This document shows, piece after piece, positions 18,819 through 29,668 of a stretch of 64,000 bases of DNA (positions are counted from its first letter, which is position 1; every line of letters starts with the position of its first letter). Origin of the DNA: a virus (taxonomy: Duplodnaviria > Caudoviricetes); the IMG/VR virus record IMGVR_UViG_2875499822_000002, positions 24,252 through 88,251 of that record; one strand, written 5' to 3'. A program made the position numbers and the translations under genes. The notes under the pieces were generated by a model. That model saw only the letters and a program-made list of their open reading frames with translations, made no database searches and had not been told where the DNA came from.

Positions 18819-19498
18819 AGTGAGTTCCTTTTTGCTAGCTCGTGTTTAGCTATCATCGCCATCTCTTCTTTCCAACACCGGACAAACTTCATCCAGTCGC
18901 CCGCATAGCTTCCTAGAATGGAAGCCGTTGAGCCAGCGCTCGCTTGCAGAAAACGCTCACACCAAGGTTCTGGAATGTCGTCGAAACCCACATAGTCGAT
19001 TGACCCAGGCGCAGATGTGACGGGCACCATCGCGACGACCTCATCAATCCCAAGAGCATGAGCCTCACCAATAGGATCAGCCTCGTCCGCATTAGCTATC
19101 GCAGCCAGAGCTTCGAGAAGTGGCTCTGCGGCTTTTGACCCTGGTTCTACCGGCTCTAACCGCCATATTGCCTCCCGACGCTCACGCTCACGATCATAAA
19201 GCCTTCGCCAGGCGATCCGGAATCTATCAAATTCATCTTTTAAGCCTTGCGTGGTTTTCTTATCAGCTAAAAGTATGCGTACCTGATCTTCTACGGAGTC
19301 AGAAATAGAACTGAGACTGTTGGGATGTACGCCCCTAAGTGCCAAGGCGAATGCAAACTTTGTTAGTTCATCCGACACTCCGGCCATTTCTCTAATACCC
19401 TCAATCGGATTGTTTTCGAGGTATAACCGAGCTACGCCTTGTGCATTCAATATGCTTCTAAAACCCTTCATAACCTGCGACTCCCCAACTCCACACAT
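18815..19498 (-). CDS. Hypothetical protein
   Basis: 227-aa ORF ATGA-coupled to the nuclease; start uncertain. Confidence 0.6.
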   Translation of the reverse strand: MCGVGESQVMKGFRSILNAQGVARLYLENNPIEGIREMAGVSDELTKFAFALALRGVHPNSLSSISDSVEDQVRILLADKKTTQGLKDEFDRFRIAWRRLYDRERERREAIWRLEPVEPGSKAAEPLLEALAAIANADEADPIGEAHALGIDEVVAMVPVTSAPGSIDYVGFDDIPEPWCERFLQASAGSTASILGSYAGDWMKFVRCWKEEMAMIAKHELAKRNSL

Positions 19499-19570
19499 CC
19501 GATGTTAGTGTTTGCTGGCAAACCTGGCAAGTAGTACAATCTGGCGACCTAAGTCAAGCGTGGCAAAGAC

Positions 19571-19828
19571 ATGACCCCCCCCAACGGCGGAGTTGCTGAC
19601 TTCGTTGAAAAGCTTGCAGCGCAGCATGGTGTGACTGGTGAAATGGACAGGATTGACAGAATGGCCAGCACCTTCACAAGGTTGTCTGGTGATGATGTTG
19701 AACTTGACAGAATTGAGCGCTTGTTAGTAAGTCTTGGTAGAAAAGGCATCTTAGACCTAGACGACATATTCGTGCTGGAAGAGTAGTACCTGGATCATGA
19801 GAAGAACAAAGAAGCTCCCCATGAATGA
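19571..19828 (+). pseudogene. Small hypothetical gene with a probable premature TAG at 19784-19786
   Basis: Frame continues YLDHEKNKEAPHE to TGA 19828, overlapping the next ATG at 19821. Confidence 0.45.
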
Positions 19829-20117
19829 AATGGATCTAACTGTCAGCTCGAATATATACGAAGCTGGAGTTCGCTACGTAAATGGTGAAATTTCCGTTGA
19901 AGGAATTATTTATGGAACGGTGGATGGGGAACCGGTGGACGGCGACCGCATGACTACACATCGACTTCATAAAGCCTGGGTGGGCGACATGGGAATCGGA
20001 CTGCAAGACAGCCAGGGAAACCGTTACCTGGTCATCGACTTTGACGAAATGCAGGAGTTTGCCTTACAGAAGCTCCACCTGCTGCTCGGCCTGGCCTACC
20101 TGGGGGAAGCCGCATGA
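19821..20117 (+). CDS. Hypothetical protein
   Basis: ATGA-coupled to the next ORF. Confidence 0.6.
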   Translation: MNEMDLTVSSNIYEAGVRYVNGEISVEGIIYGTVDGEPVDGDRMTTHRLHKAWVGDMGIGLQDSQGNRYLVIDFDEMQEFALQKLHLLLGLAYLGEAA

Positions 20118-20533
20118 GGATCAACTGGCGGGTGCCCTTACGAGCCCTCTGGCGGATTCTGAAGTGGATTCTCTCAGTCATCGACACCCTGGTTGGGCTG
20201 CTGATAACGAGCCTGTTTATGCCAGTGGTGGCCATAGTGCTGCTAATGAGAAAGGGAGCCCAAAGGATCGGCAGGATGGTCAAGCGAGCTATGCGATCAA
20301 CAGATCACGATATGACTGATGTCTCCGTCGAGAATAGGTGGATGTACGGTCAGGTCGACGGCGACATGTCCGCATTCGGGATGTTCGCTGAGCTTCACTA
20401 CGACGTCAGGCTATCTCGGGAAGGCATGATCGTTAAGTCTCGGGACGGTAAGACCTTCCTGGTGAAGCAGATGAAAAAAGGCCAGTCCCCTGCAGAACTG
20501 GCCCCTCTCCTAGCTGAAGCATTCTTACGCTAA
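20114..20533 (+). CDS. Hypothetical membrane protein
   Basis: Hydrophobic segment around residues 19-43. Confidence 0.55.
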   Translation: MRINWRVPLRALWRILKWILSVIDTLVGLLITSLFMPVVAIVLLMRKGAQRIGRMVKRAMRSTDHDMTDVSVENRWMYGQVDGDMSAFGMFAELHYDVRLSREGMIVKSRDGKTFLVKQMKKGQSPAELAPLLAEAFLR

Positions 20534-20974
20534 CAACTCTCGCAATTTTGCAGGTGGCAGCCGGCATAGCTCAGACGCCGTGTAAGCCCCTGTGAGCATC
20601 AGCAAGGTGGCAGCGTCGTAGTCATGCATGTCACCGCCGATACTTCCCACGGCACACAACAGGTCGACCTGATCGTAGTCCGTGTACCTGACGCTGGTAT
20701 TTTTATTCTCCTCGGGTTCTTTAGCCTGCGTTGCACGAACTTTTAAATTAAGTTTACCAACTTCATTATTGGCCCTATTAATTAAAGCCCTTAGCCCGGC
20801 TTCGCCATAAGTCCCGATACTCTCTATAGCAATATCAATCAAATCTTCAACATCCACCGCATCATCATGCTCATACTCCAGACCGCAATCACATTCTTTA
20901 TCTAGATCACCCGACTTGATTAAAGCCCTGGCGATCTGATCTACATTGATACGAAGTGAGTTCTTGATACCCAT
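20525..20974 (-). CDS. Hypothetical protein
   Basis: 149-aa ORF with AAGGAAAATAAT RBS. Confidence 0.65.
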   Translation of the reverse strand: MGIKNSLRINVDQIARALIKSGDLDKECDCGLEYEHDDAVDVEDLIDIAIESIGTYGEAGLRALINRANNEVGKLNLKVRATQAKEPEENKNTSVRYTDYDQVDLLCAVGSIGGDMHDYDAATLLMLTGAYTASELCRLPPAKLRELLA

Positions 20975-21150
20975 ATTATTTTCCTTTTTTGGGGTCTCGA
21001 TTTAAACATCATATTGAATTGGACTGACCCACTCAATAAATAATTACAATCTATATGAAGGTAATTTGATGTCAAATAGCCCCGACCAGCTATTGCATGC
21101 CAGGAAACCCTTTATATAATGGACTTATAGAGAGATTTTCGGGGTTCAAG

Positions 21151-22122
21151 ATGAGCAAGAAGCTGTCGACATTACTTGTCGCAATCGCATTTCTATTGTC
21201 CAGCGTAACTGCAATTTCGGTTGCGCTTGCAATGTACGCATTGATCGACGACAAGAAGTTAGCGCTTCTATTTGCTGGCGCAGCGGTGCTCCTAGATATA
21301 TTTAAGTATCTGGCCTGGCCTGTGGCTATTCGTGTACTACGTGGCAGCAGCGCGGCTCTTACAATTGCCTGCGCCTTGATGCTGTCCGTAGTTAGTGGAT
21401 GGGCCACTTATGATCGCTTGATGACTTCGATCACCATCAGCAAAGCCACACACGAAGCCATGACTACTGAGCGTGTTACTGCTCTTACCACCCTGGCTCA
21501 GAAAGACTCTGCTCTTATCGCTCAATTAGATAGAGAGATCTCTGATGCGACTGCCCAAGCTAGTGACCTGCGCGTCCGTGGCATGGTTTCTAAAGCCCTT
21601 GAGCTCGAAGAGTCTGTCAGCACTCGTGCAGCAGCTCAGCGTGCTCAGGCTCTGGCGCGGATCAATTCTGGCTCTTTGGAAATCGCACAGATCAAGTCCA
21701 CAGTCGCAAAAGCATCCAGCTTGCCGCCCCTGCTGGCTCAATTGCTGTGCCTGGGATTTGCCATGTCTCTAGAGATCGTACCTGCACTGATTCTGACTGG
21801 CGTTCGTACCGCTAGACGCTCTAGCACGCATGTTGTAGCCTCATCAGCTATCGAAACGCCACCACTCGAAAATGGTGGGGCTGAGTTGCCACAGGAGACG
21901 CCAGAAACGCCAGAAACCCCGAAAACGCTGTTGGGAACGAACGACGAAATCCTGAAATCGCTGGTAACCCAGGTGGAAACGCTGACACCGGGCACTCCAG
22001 TCAGACTCAAGGATTTTGCGAGAAAAGCTAGGATCGGCAACCTACGTGCATGTGAGATTTTCAGGACTGCCGAGACCTTGGGAGTAATTAAAAAAACAAC
22101 CATCGGCTATGTTACGACATGA
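21151..22122 (+). CDS. Multi-pass membrane protein with coiled coil and basic C-terminal HTH-like tail
   Basis: Three N-terminal hydrophobic segments, Ala-rich coiled coil, a fourth hydrophobic segment and an ETP linker. Confidence 0.65.
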   Translation: MSKKLSTLLVAIAFLLSSVTAISVALAMYALIDDKKLALLFAGAAVLLDIFKYLAWPVAIRVLRGSSAALTIACALMLSVVSGWATYDRLMTSITISKATHEAMTTERVTALTTLAQKDSALIAQLDREISDATAQASDLRVRGMVSKALELEESVSTRAAAQRAQALARINSGSLEIAQIKSTVAKASSLPPLLAQLLCLGFAMSLEIVPALILTGVRTARRSSTHVVASSAIETPPLENGGAELPQETPETPETPKTLLGTNDEILKSLVTQVETLTPGTPVRLKDFARKARIGNLRACEIFRTAETLGVIKKTTIGYVTT

Positions 22123-22194
22123 CCGAAAACTCTATGAAGCTCGTTATTGGCAATGATAAGTTAGCCTTGCTACTTATCGATAAAGGGATGTTTT

Positions 22195-22518
22195 ATGAAG
22201 TTATATCGAGTTGCGTGGGCCATCTTCATGGTCTTAATTGTCGCCCCAGCTTTTTTGCTAGCATCTGCTACAGAGTCGCATAGCATAAGTGAAGTTGCTG
22301 ACGGAGCGTACAAACTCCTCTGTGACTTACATTTACCATATATAATCTCTGGCATTGTCGCGTACCCCGTCGCCATTGTCGCAACGCTACTGCCAAGTTC
22401 TAGTTCGCTGCTGCCATTTTTGGGGGAGATGATTTGGAAAGGTGTCGGAGTCATTCTCCTCGCCGCCGCATTTCTTAATATCCGCCCACCGTTTTACAAA
22501 AAAGAGGGACAGGAGTAA
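22195..22518 (+). CDS. Hypothetical membrane protein (moron)
   Basis: Three hydrophobic segments; 1-nt overlap with the next gene. Confidence 0.55.
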   Translation: MKLYRVAWAIFMVLIVAPAFLLASATESHSISEVADGAYKLLCDLHLPYIISGIVAYPVAIVATLLPSSSSLLPFLGEMIWKGVGVILLAAAFLNIRPPFYKKEGQE

Positions 22519-23153
22519 TGGCACTCGTCGGCCCGCGAAGCTTTAAGCAAGCAATAACGTTCTTAATTCCTTTTTGGATTTTGGGTGAGATATTCCTCGG
22601 TTTCATCAGAAGTCCACTCGGCGACAGATACACCGGGGAAGTATATGTCGTAACCGAAAAACATGGATTCCCAAAACCAGTGCAGCTCAACGCAAAACTA
22701 GATGTTGAGCTGGGCGATAGCTTGGACTTTTTCGATAAAATTAATGGTGGGAATATCCGCTTAAAATTTAGTGGAGAAGACCTGAACAAGCTAAAACAAG
22801 CTGGCATTGACCCGGCATTCTTGGATGAAAAAAACAACTCATCTTGCATTATAGAAAAATCTAAAACAGCTAGAAATCAGTCATTCTTTGCTGGATTTGA
22901 CAATAGTTATGAAGGCGGATATTCGAGCTACAGTTACGCTACTGACTATACGTTACGCAGGATGCCGGACAAGCCAAACTGCCATGCTATACATATAGGC
23001 GTGATTGACTTTGACAATATCCAGCTCGCGGTGACAGATCTGAATCCGACATCCTTTGTGTTTGCTAGTCTCACTCGTGAATCGCACATCGGATTCATTC
23101 AGCGAATGGTACTTAAACTCAGGTACAACAGAGACGATATAGCTAAGCTTTAG
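22518..23153 (+). CDS. Hypothetical membrane-anchored protein (moron)
   Basis: AGGAG RBS; N-terminal hydrophobic segment; AT-rich. Confidence 0.6.
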   Translation: MALVGPRSFKQAITFLIPFWILGEIFLGFIRSPLGDRYTGEVYVVTEKHGFPKPVQLNAKLDVELGDSLDFFDKINGGNIRLKFSGEDLNKLKQAGIDPAFLDEKNNSSCIIEKSKTARNQSFFAGFDNSYEGGYSSYSYATDYTLRRMPDKPNCHAIHIGVIDFDNIQLAVTDLNPTSFVFASLTRESHIGFIQRMVLKLRYNRDDIAKL

Positions 23154-25519
23154 AGCGTTCTGGTCACGGATACGACCAATGCACCAGAATCGGAATAGCC
23201 TGGCTTGTGAGCGGAGATCTCGAAAGTCAGGTTTTGATAGTAAACCCCGCCGTTCAGTGCCACCTCGTCATCAAACGTCCACGAGCTGCCAGTGATACCG
23301 CTCACCGTTTTTACAACCGCGCCCTCCGAGCGCACAACAACCTGGTACGTAGCATCACTCGCCTGATCGACATCATCCCCATAAAACACCACAGCCGGCA
23401 GCGAGCCCTCGCGCTTCCTCCAGGTGACAGTTGCCACACCTGAGATCTGCCCACCCTCAACTCCGTTCACGCGCACACGCCCAGGCATCCACGGAGACAC
23501 GTTCGCCCCAGCAACGCTGTACGAATGCACGACAGCATCATCGACATCGAGCACTCCTGTCTGCGTTCTCGGAAGCATCCTGATCGACACAGACTCACTC
23601 TTCGCATACTGCCAGTCAGTCACTCCAAAGCCTTCCGAAACAGCCCAAGCGCGAGCTCCCGCAGGGTGAGGCAACGGCTTAGTGTTAAACAGCCCACGGT
23701 TGACCAGACCCAAAGTAACCGTGGTCGAGTTGCCGGCTGCAGCAGTCTGATAGGAGATCCACTCCTTGCCGGCAGCACTGACGATCAGCATCAGACCAAG
23801 CCCTTGCCGCACCTCTTCGGCAGTAATCGACGACAGCTCAGCAGACGGCCCGGACAGCACCAGGCTCACATCAGTCCAGTCAGTACCCATCGCGGCACTC
23901 GTCGAGAACAAAGGTGTGAAAGGCATCGCTCCCGCATCGACGTAATCGCTATCCACTTCACTCCTAATCTGCAGCTGGTAATCCATTGCCACGCCCGGAT
24001 TCTCAGCCACGACCAAGACGCTCCCGGTGGTTTGATTTGTCGTCAAAATCACCGGAGCGTCAATGATGTCGAATCGGGTGATATCAGTCGGCTCGAATGT
24101 CGGCTTCGTCCACTGGCGTTCGGAGCCGTCTGCGTACACGCTCAGGAAGACACCAAAAACGTCCTGGACTAGCGTGAGGCGTACAGAGCCGTCTTGGGGA
24201 GCGCCGAGGTCGACGCCAGTGACACGCATGACCATGTTTTCGATGCCAAGGTCTGGCCAGGTCAAGCGAACCACATCACCGACTTCGGAGTGGGCCGGGG
24301 CTCTTGTGCATTCCGCTTTGCACGTTGCCAGCGGTACAGATATAGCCGTCATCTCCCGCATCGCGACCTTGGCTGCATTATCCCTCGTGCTGATCATGCT
24401 CATGGTCATTGTCTGAGAGTCGCTGTCACCCTTATGGATTCGCAGACCATTGTTTTGGGCGATAACTGTCCTCTCTGTGAAGTCATCTTCAATGCTGGTG
24501 AATTTAACCTTGAGCTCGTTTACTGCGGTTTCCAGAGACCCTCTGGTAAACCCAGTGAGGTTTTTCACGATAGAGGGAGTGAGGACTGGCAGGTCGTCAG
24601 CAACGTAATCATTGCGTATCAGCTTGAGTTTGAGAGCACCCGTCGCAGGGTCGGTATTGTGTGACCCCTGGATCACCTTCAGAACTTCGTCTACCACATC
24701 TCCGACCGCGCTTGATGAGTCGATAGCCACAGAAATCCCCAGGCCCTCTTCGTGCAGGATTTTTGCCGCTGCCGTAATGGAGTTCACATCAATAGAAGTG
24801 AACCCCAGGTCTGCGCCGTACATTCCGTTGACGAGCATCTCGTAAATGAAGAACGCAGGGTTAGCATCAAGGCCGATTTGCTCGTACTCGCCATATCGAT
24901 CATCCGGGGATTTTGGGAACCTGCTTACGTCGAACGCGACAGCCTGCGGACTTGACGAGTTGCCAATATACATCCCCTCCATGACCGCATAAGACACGCC
25001 TCGAATGGGCGATACGAGTTCTGCGCCAACCTGGTCGATCAGGTAGTCACTTGGAGCTTGAGTCAGAGTGCCAGGGTAGAACCTGAGCGTCCCAGAGATC
25101 CCCCCGGAGCCATTTTCGTCACCACCAAACAGAGTTGGCTTGTCGATGGAAATGGCACCGCCTGTTGATGTTCCAGTCCACGCCATTTTATCCCCGATTT
25201 TAACCCCACGAAGAATAACATCGGGCCCGTGGCATATCCCCAGCTGTACGCCCATGTAATATCGGTATCCGATGGTTGTCTTTTTGGAGCTAAATCCAGT
25301 TTTTGTTACTTTCTTAATCGGAGACGTCTTTAGATCTCCGTACCAAAGAACATTGGGGCCGGAAATGCGACGGGTTCCTGCAAGCACTTGAATTGGCCTT
25401 TCTGCAGCAGTTGGAAAGCTGAAATCTTCAAGTCCGGCAGCTTTTGGCTTTGAGAGTTTTGGCTTGATCAGTGCCACCCCCGCTATTAAGAGCAGAAGCG
25501 CGATTGCAATCGTCCACAT
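23150..25519 (-). CDS. Tail tip / host-specificity protein
   Basis: GPNVLWYGD, GYRYYMG..CHGP and DANPA motifs of siphophage tail-tip proteins; last gene of the tail operon. Confidence 0.85.
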   Translation of the reverse strand: MWTIAIALLLLIAGVALIKPKLSKPKAAGLEDFSFPTAAERPIQVLAGTRRISGPNVLWYGDLKTSPIKKVTKTGFSSKKTTIGYRYYMGVQLGICHGPDVILRGVKIGDKMAWTGTSTGGAISIDKPTLFGGDENGSGGISGTLRFYPGTLTQAPSDYLIDQVGAELVSPIRGVSYAVMEGMYIGNSSSPQAVAFDVSRFPKSPDDRYGEYEQIGLDANPAFFIYEMLVNGMYGADLGFTSIDVNSITAAAKILHEEGLGISVAIDSSSAVGDVVDEVLKVIQGSHNTDPATGALKLKLIRNDYVADDLPVLTPSIVKNLTGFTRGSLETAVNELKVKFTSIEDDFTERTVIAQNNGLRIHKGDSDSQTMTMSMISTRDNAAKVAMREMTAISVPLATCKAECTRAPAHSEVGDVVRLTWPDLGIENMVMRVTGVDLGAPQDGSVRLTLVQDVFGVFLSVYADGSERQWTKPTFEPTDITRFDIIDAPVILTTNQTTGSVLVVAENPGVAMDYQLQIRSEVDSDYVDAGAMPFTPLFSTSAAMGTDWTDVSLVLSGPSAELSSITAEEVRQGLGLMLIVSAAGKEWISYQTAAAGNSTTVTLGLVNRGLFNTKPLPHPAGARAWAVSEGFGVTDWQYAKSESVSIRMLPRTQTGVLDVDDAVVHSYSVAGANVSPWMPGRVRVNGVEGGQISGVATVTWRKREGSLPAVVFYGDDVDQASDATYQVVVRSEGAVVKTVSGITGSSWTFDDEVALNGGVYYQNLTFEISAHKPGYSDSGALVVSVTRTL

Positions 25520-25536
25520 AGTAGTACGCCTTGAAA

Positions 25537-26337
25537 TTAATAAACCTGGAAAGGATTTTCAGTGGGAATGGTCAAGAAGCCCAGAAAGTTTTCAAAGTTA
25601 TTAAATGAGTGGCACGAAGCTGCAGAGTGATCACAACCTTTGGCTACTTGAATAACATCTCCAACTTTAAGCCCATCAATCGGTGACATCAGTTTGAAAG
25701 CATTGCCAGAACAGGATGTGATCATTCGAAAATCACTCCCGCTTTTTGATAACAGCCCCGTGATGTAGTAGTCGTCCTCGTGGGCCTTGCTGGCTACTTC
25801 GACGGTGAAGCCATTGTCTTTGATCGCAGTGACCTTGGTGTCTTCTTGCCAGTCCTGAATTTGCAGGCCACATCTGCTGTCGTACAGGTGGTGATTACAC
25901 TGGCTTTGATAGCCGCAGCGGAGCACTTGCCTGGTCAGAGACCGGGAGACTGGGTTGCATGCCAAGGACGCAATGGAGTTGTTCCAGGTGACCGACGTGA
26001 CCTCCCCGGCGAAGATATTTATCGACTCACTAGGTAGGTCTCGTTGGGTCTGAAAAATTTTCAGGGTCACGTGGTTTGACGGCAAATGTGAGCGGAACAA
26101 CAGAGGTATTGGTGAGTCGCCTGGCATGTCGAGGGTCAACTGATTTTTGTAGTCTTCAGCTGTTCTTTGAACCTTGCCGCGTTTGAGGCTCAGGGGTTTA
26201 TAAACCAGGCCATCGGTGTGCAGATGCTGCCTGCTGCCGGACGTGTAAGCATACTTGTCCGTCCCGTGCTCGAAAAGAAAGAGTTCGATGGGTCTAGATA
26301 GTGATAGCGCTTTCTGTATCGATTGCAGGGTCAGCAT
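25537..26337 (-). CDS. Tail hub protein, DUF2163/BR0599-like
   Basis: CNHHLYDSRC and GCDH...C..FNN..NF.GF..IP motifs. Confidence 0.85.
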   Translation of the reverse strand: MLTLQSIQKALSLSRPIELFLFEHGTDKYAYTSGSRQHLHTDGLVYKPLSLKRGKVQRTAEDYKNQLTLDMPGDSPIPLLFRSHLPSNHVTLKIFQTQRDLPSESINIFAGEVTSVTWNNSIASLACNPVSRSLTRQVLRCGYQSQCNHHLYDSRCGLQIQDWQEDTKVTAIKDNGFTVEVASKAHEDDYYITGLLSKSGSDFRMITSCSGNAFKLMSPIDGLKVGDVIQVAKGCDHSAASCHSFNNFENFLGFLTIPTENPFQVY

Positions 26338-27826
26338 GCAAGAGTTGCCTTATATTTTTAGTTATAGTCGACACTTCGCTGGTGTCGAAGATGTAGCGAA
26401 ATTCGTCTGAGTCAAATCGGGCAAGGTACAGCGGTACGATTGTTTCGATGTCGCTGGTTTTCAGGTTGTTCGTGAGTTCTTTTGTTGTGATTGTTTCTGT
26501 GCCATCTGGGTTGCCAGTGGCGCTCAGGATTGTTCTGTAAATAGTTATTCCATTGTACAGTTTAATTGCGACTATTTGGGCGAGCGAGTTGCTGCTAGAA
26601 AAGTTGGTGTATCCGCTACTTTTAATTTTGAGTTTGTACGTAGGGACGACGATGTCTTCGCTGAGCTCGAAAGCTTGTCCTGGGCCATCGATATAGAACT
26701 CGCCCTGAGCTCCATTCATGAGTTCCGCGAAATCCTCGAATCGCTGACGCTCAGACTCGCTAAAGAAGGTAAAGGTCTGCCCTATGACCTTCACTGTGCC
26801 CTTGGTACGGTCGTAGATGCTGCGAGCACCGATCAGTGGATCAAGTGTTTCGCGGAGCCGGTTGTATTGCGTAGTGACATCTGTTGAGCGGTCTGGGCGG
26901 AACGGGAAAATTGGCCTTCTGTTCAGACGTGCGAAGTCGTCGACCGGGACTGGTTTCTGGATCTGAGTTTCGTCCAGCTCGTATGTGATCGAGTGCTGAT
27001 CGAAGCCTCGGAGGAGCGATGTGGAATTCGACTCATCAGAGGGGTACGCGATACGGGCCGGGATCACGACCGCACTGGTGGAAAAGGTTTTCTTAGCCAT
27101 AGTGGTCAGGGTCACGACCCTGTCGGCCACCGACTCGACACTGACTATCTCGGACTCATCACCTTCACAGATCAAAAGCGTGTCGGATGCCATCACGTAT
27201 GCATTGATCGTCTCCAGGACAACAGATGCGTCTCCCTCCAAGACTGCTCGTGACAGCTGACACTGCAGCGGCCACAACGGAACAATCATGCTGCCGGTCG
27301 ATGTGGCTATCTTGTTATCAAAAAGGTACTGCTGCTCGTCAGTCATGCTGTACATGTAGTTCAGCGACGTGCGGGGTGTGTCACGCAAGGCAATACGCTG
27401 TTCGGTGCCGTCGAAAGCTTCGATGAATTCGGTAAGATACTGGATGCTCATCTCGGGTTGAGTAGACCAGTCGATGCGCTCCGGCATTACCAGGGCCATC
27501 GATGCTGTCAGCTTGAAGCTGCACACAGACCCAGCTCCGAAGTCGAAGCTCGCCTTGTAGTCGATCTCCCCACCAGCTTGGCTAAGAGAAACGACGTAAG
27601 TAGTCGACATGAATGAGTACAGAGTTCCCGACGTTATGCCGTCGAGCTTGACACCAAAAGCACCCGATTCCGTGACACCCGCAAGCACCCTCGCATGGGT
27701 GAACGAATGCCACAGCTCGAAACTGATTTCTGCGCCAGGCACAACCACCCCGGCATCAATGTCTGATGGAGTAAGGAACACATTGTCGAAGAAAAACGAG
27801 CCGAAGCTTTTGGCGATCTGGTTCAT
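26294..27826 (-). CDS. Distal tail / virion structural protein
   Basis: DGTEQRIALRDTPR motif; tail operon position. Confidence 0.7.
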   Translation of the reverse strand: MNQIAKSFGSFFFDNVFLTPSDIDAGVVVPGAEISFELWHSFTHARVLAGVTESGAFGVKLDGITSGTLYSFMSTTYVVSLSQAGGEIDYKASFDFGAGSVCSFKLTASMALVMPERIDWSTQPEMSIQYLTEFIEAFDGTEQRIALRDTPRTSLNYMYSMTDEQQYLFDNKIATSTGSMIVPLWPLQCQLSRAVLEGDASVVLETINAYVMASDTLLICEGDESEIVSVESVADRVVTLTTMAKKTFSTSAVVIPARIAYPSDESNSTSLLRGFDQHSITYELDETQIQKPVPVDDFARLNRRPIFPFRPDRSTDVTTQYNRLRETLDPLIGARSIYDRTKGTVKVIGQTFTFFSESERQRFEDFAELMNGAQGEFYIDGPGQAFELSEDIVVPTYKLKIKSSGYTNFSSSNSLAQIVAIKLYNGITIYRTILSATGNPDGTETITTKELTNNLKTSDIETIVPLYLARFDSDEFRYIFDTSEVSTITKNIRQLLHADPAIDTESAITI

Positions 27827-28764
27827 GTCGTGGCGTCCAGGAGCACCGCGATGCCCAGGTTGAAATGCGGGTAATTACGATCAGCCGGGAACACTTTGAC
27901 GTACTGCGGAAACACCAGGAACTGATGACTCCCTAGCTCGTAAGTAGCACCCGGCTCAAACGAATCCATTGGCACAAAGAACACCCCTGGCAGTTCGGCA
28001 AACGGAGCAAACCCTCCGCCGAACTCTGTGAATAGCGTAACGGGCACCAGACCATCCAGACCGCCGATCAATCCCTTTGCACGAGACACGGTGCCCACAT
28101 TCCCATAGTTCGTACCGTTTTGATGGAAATGAGGAACGCCGATTAAAGTCCCTTGCCCGTTGGGTCTCAGTGGCCCCCAGGTTCTCCCGCCGACGTCCCA
28201 ACCACTCCACTCAGCATGTGAGAGTCGGACACCAAAACTGGCATAGGCATTGGCAAACAATGGCTGCTTTTGCGTGCTCAGATAGCTCTCCGTCGACGTC
28301 ACAAACTGCCCACCAGTTCCAGCGGACAGCACTGGCAGCACGCCGAAGGACAAGCATGAATGAAGACCGCCAGCACGCTCTGTGACGAATACCACAAGGT
28401 CATCCGATACGAAAAAATGGCATGTGCCCGCGCCGTCGCCGCTCTCTACATAACACTTCGGCGATGACTGAAAGCCAGGTTGATTGACGAAGCCAGCGCT
28501 ATCGCTATAGCCACTCGCAGCCGAGACGATCACCCCATGCTGCCCAATCGAGCTCACAGCGTAGTAATCGACGTAAGGACTCGACTCCCCAAAGCTCCTC
28601 AGACAAAAGTAGGTATCACCACGAGAGATCATGAGCTGGATGCCAATACGCGGATCTTCAAAGCCGCCGTACCGATTCACAGCCCAACCTTCAAATTCCA
28701 GGCGCTGCTTGATCACGGCCACGAGGTCGTCGGCAGATGTGTAGCGAGATGAGTAATGCTTCAT
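27823..28764 (-). CDS. Virion structural (tail tip) protein
   Basis: Position and ATGA coupling; similar layout to 28761-29633. Confidence 0.65.
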   Translation of the reverse strand: MKHYSSRYTSADDLVAVIKQRLEFEGWAVNRYGGFEDPRIGIQLMISRGDTYFCLRSFGESSPYVDYYAVSSIGQHGVIVSAASGYSDSAGFVNQPGFQSSPKCYVESGDGAGTCHFFVSDDLVVFVTERAGGLHSCLSFGVLPVLSAGTGGQFVTSTESYLSTQKQPLFANAYASFGVRLSHAEWSGWDVGGRTWGPLRPNGQGTLIGVPHFHQNGTNYGNVGTVSRAKGLIGGLDGLVPVTLFTEFGGGFAPFAELPGVFFVPMDSFEPGATYELGSHQFLVFPQYVKVFPADRNYPHFNLGIAVLLDATT

Positions 28765-29633
28765 ATCAACCTCAGCCCGTAAGTTTCAGTCGACTTACTG
28801 ACGTTAGGCACCACCAGGTAATCCACGCCATCGATCTCAATGACAGACTCAGCCGCGCGCCCCTGCGGAATCGCAACCACACCGTCCAGGTAACCCAGCC
28901 AAACCCCATCATCAGAATTCAGTGCATCGGTATCGGACGCTCTCCCTGAGCTCACTACCAGGGCCGGATACACGACCGCGCCGCCGTCAATCTTGCCCCT
29001 TAGCCGGTGGAATTTCCCGTCAAAGGGATGCACGTAGGCGTAGGAATATGAGTAAGGAAATTCGTTCGTGAACGCGCTGTTGCCGCCTGAATTCCCACCC
29101 ACGATCTGCCACGCGCCGGTCGGCAGGCAGACCTTCGGGCAGTATTGGTTGCCACCAGACATAAAAGGGTAGGCAGACTCCTTGGAGCCACCCAGCTCAC
29201 CCGACCCACCGATAAAGCAAGGGAACTGATAAGCCCTGTTCGATCCGAAAGGTAGGATCAACCCAGCATAAAACGAGTAGTAGCTTGAGCCAGCGCGAAT
29301 GACCCCGCACAACCGCCTGGAACTCACCAACGTCCAAACCTTCACTTCGCCGGCAGGCAGGACAAAGCGCGGCAGGAACGGCGAATACGCATAGCTAAAC
29401 CCACCTGCCTGACCGGCAACAGATTGCTCAGGATCGAAATCCCGGAAGGCCTGAACCTCAATCACTCCATCCTCGACCACAAACGCAACAAAGCCAGCAC
29501 TGCCCGGCAGCCCGAACACCTTTTCCGAAGAAGTGTCACGGACTACCGACCACCCGTTTGACGGCAAAAGATCAGTACAAAGAGATGTGAGCCAGTCTGC
29601 GCCACTGGCATAAGTAGATATAGCCACTGTCAT
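28761..29633 (-). CDS. Virion structural (tail tip) protein
   Basis: Follows the tape measure; YAG..LP..YQFP.FIGG and GYLDGV...IDGVDYLVVPNV motifs. Confidence 0.7.
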   Translation of the reverse strand: MTVAISTYASGADWLTSLCTDLLPSNGWSVVRDTSSEKVFGLPGSAGFVAFVVEDGVIEVQAFRDFDPEQSVAGQAGGFSYAYSPFLPRFVLPAGEVKVWTLVSSRRLCGVIRAGSSYYSFYAGLILPFGSNRAYQFPCFIGGSGELGGSKESAYPFMSGGNQYCPKVCLPTGAWQIVGGNSGGNSAFTNEFPYSYSYAYVHPFDGKFHRLRGKIDGGAVVYPALVVSSGRASDTDALNSDDGVWLGYLDGVVAIPQGRAAESVIEIDGVDYLVVPNVSKSTETYGLRLI

Positions 29634-29668
29634 TGTTATTATTCTTCTCGATCAGTAACTATATTTTA

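Noticed and set aside
21895-21921. 9-bp tandem repeat (ETP x3)
   Set aside because: Short low-complexity coding linker.
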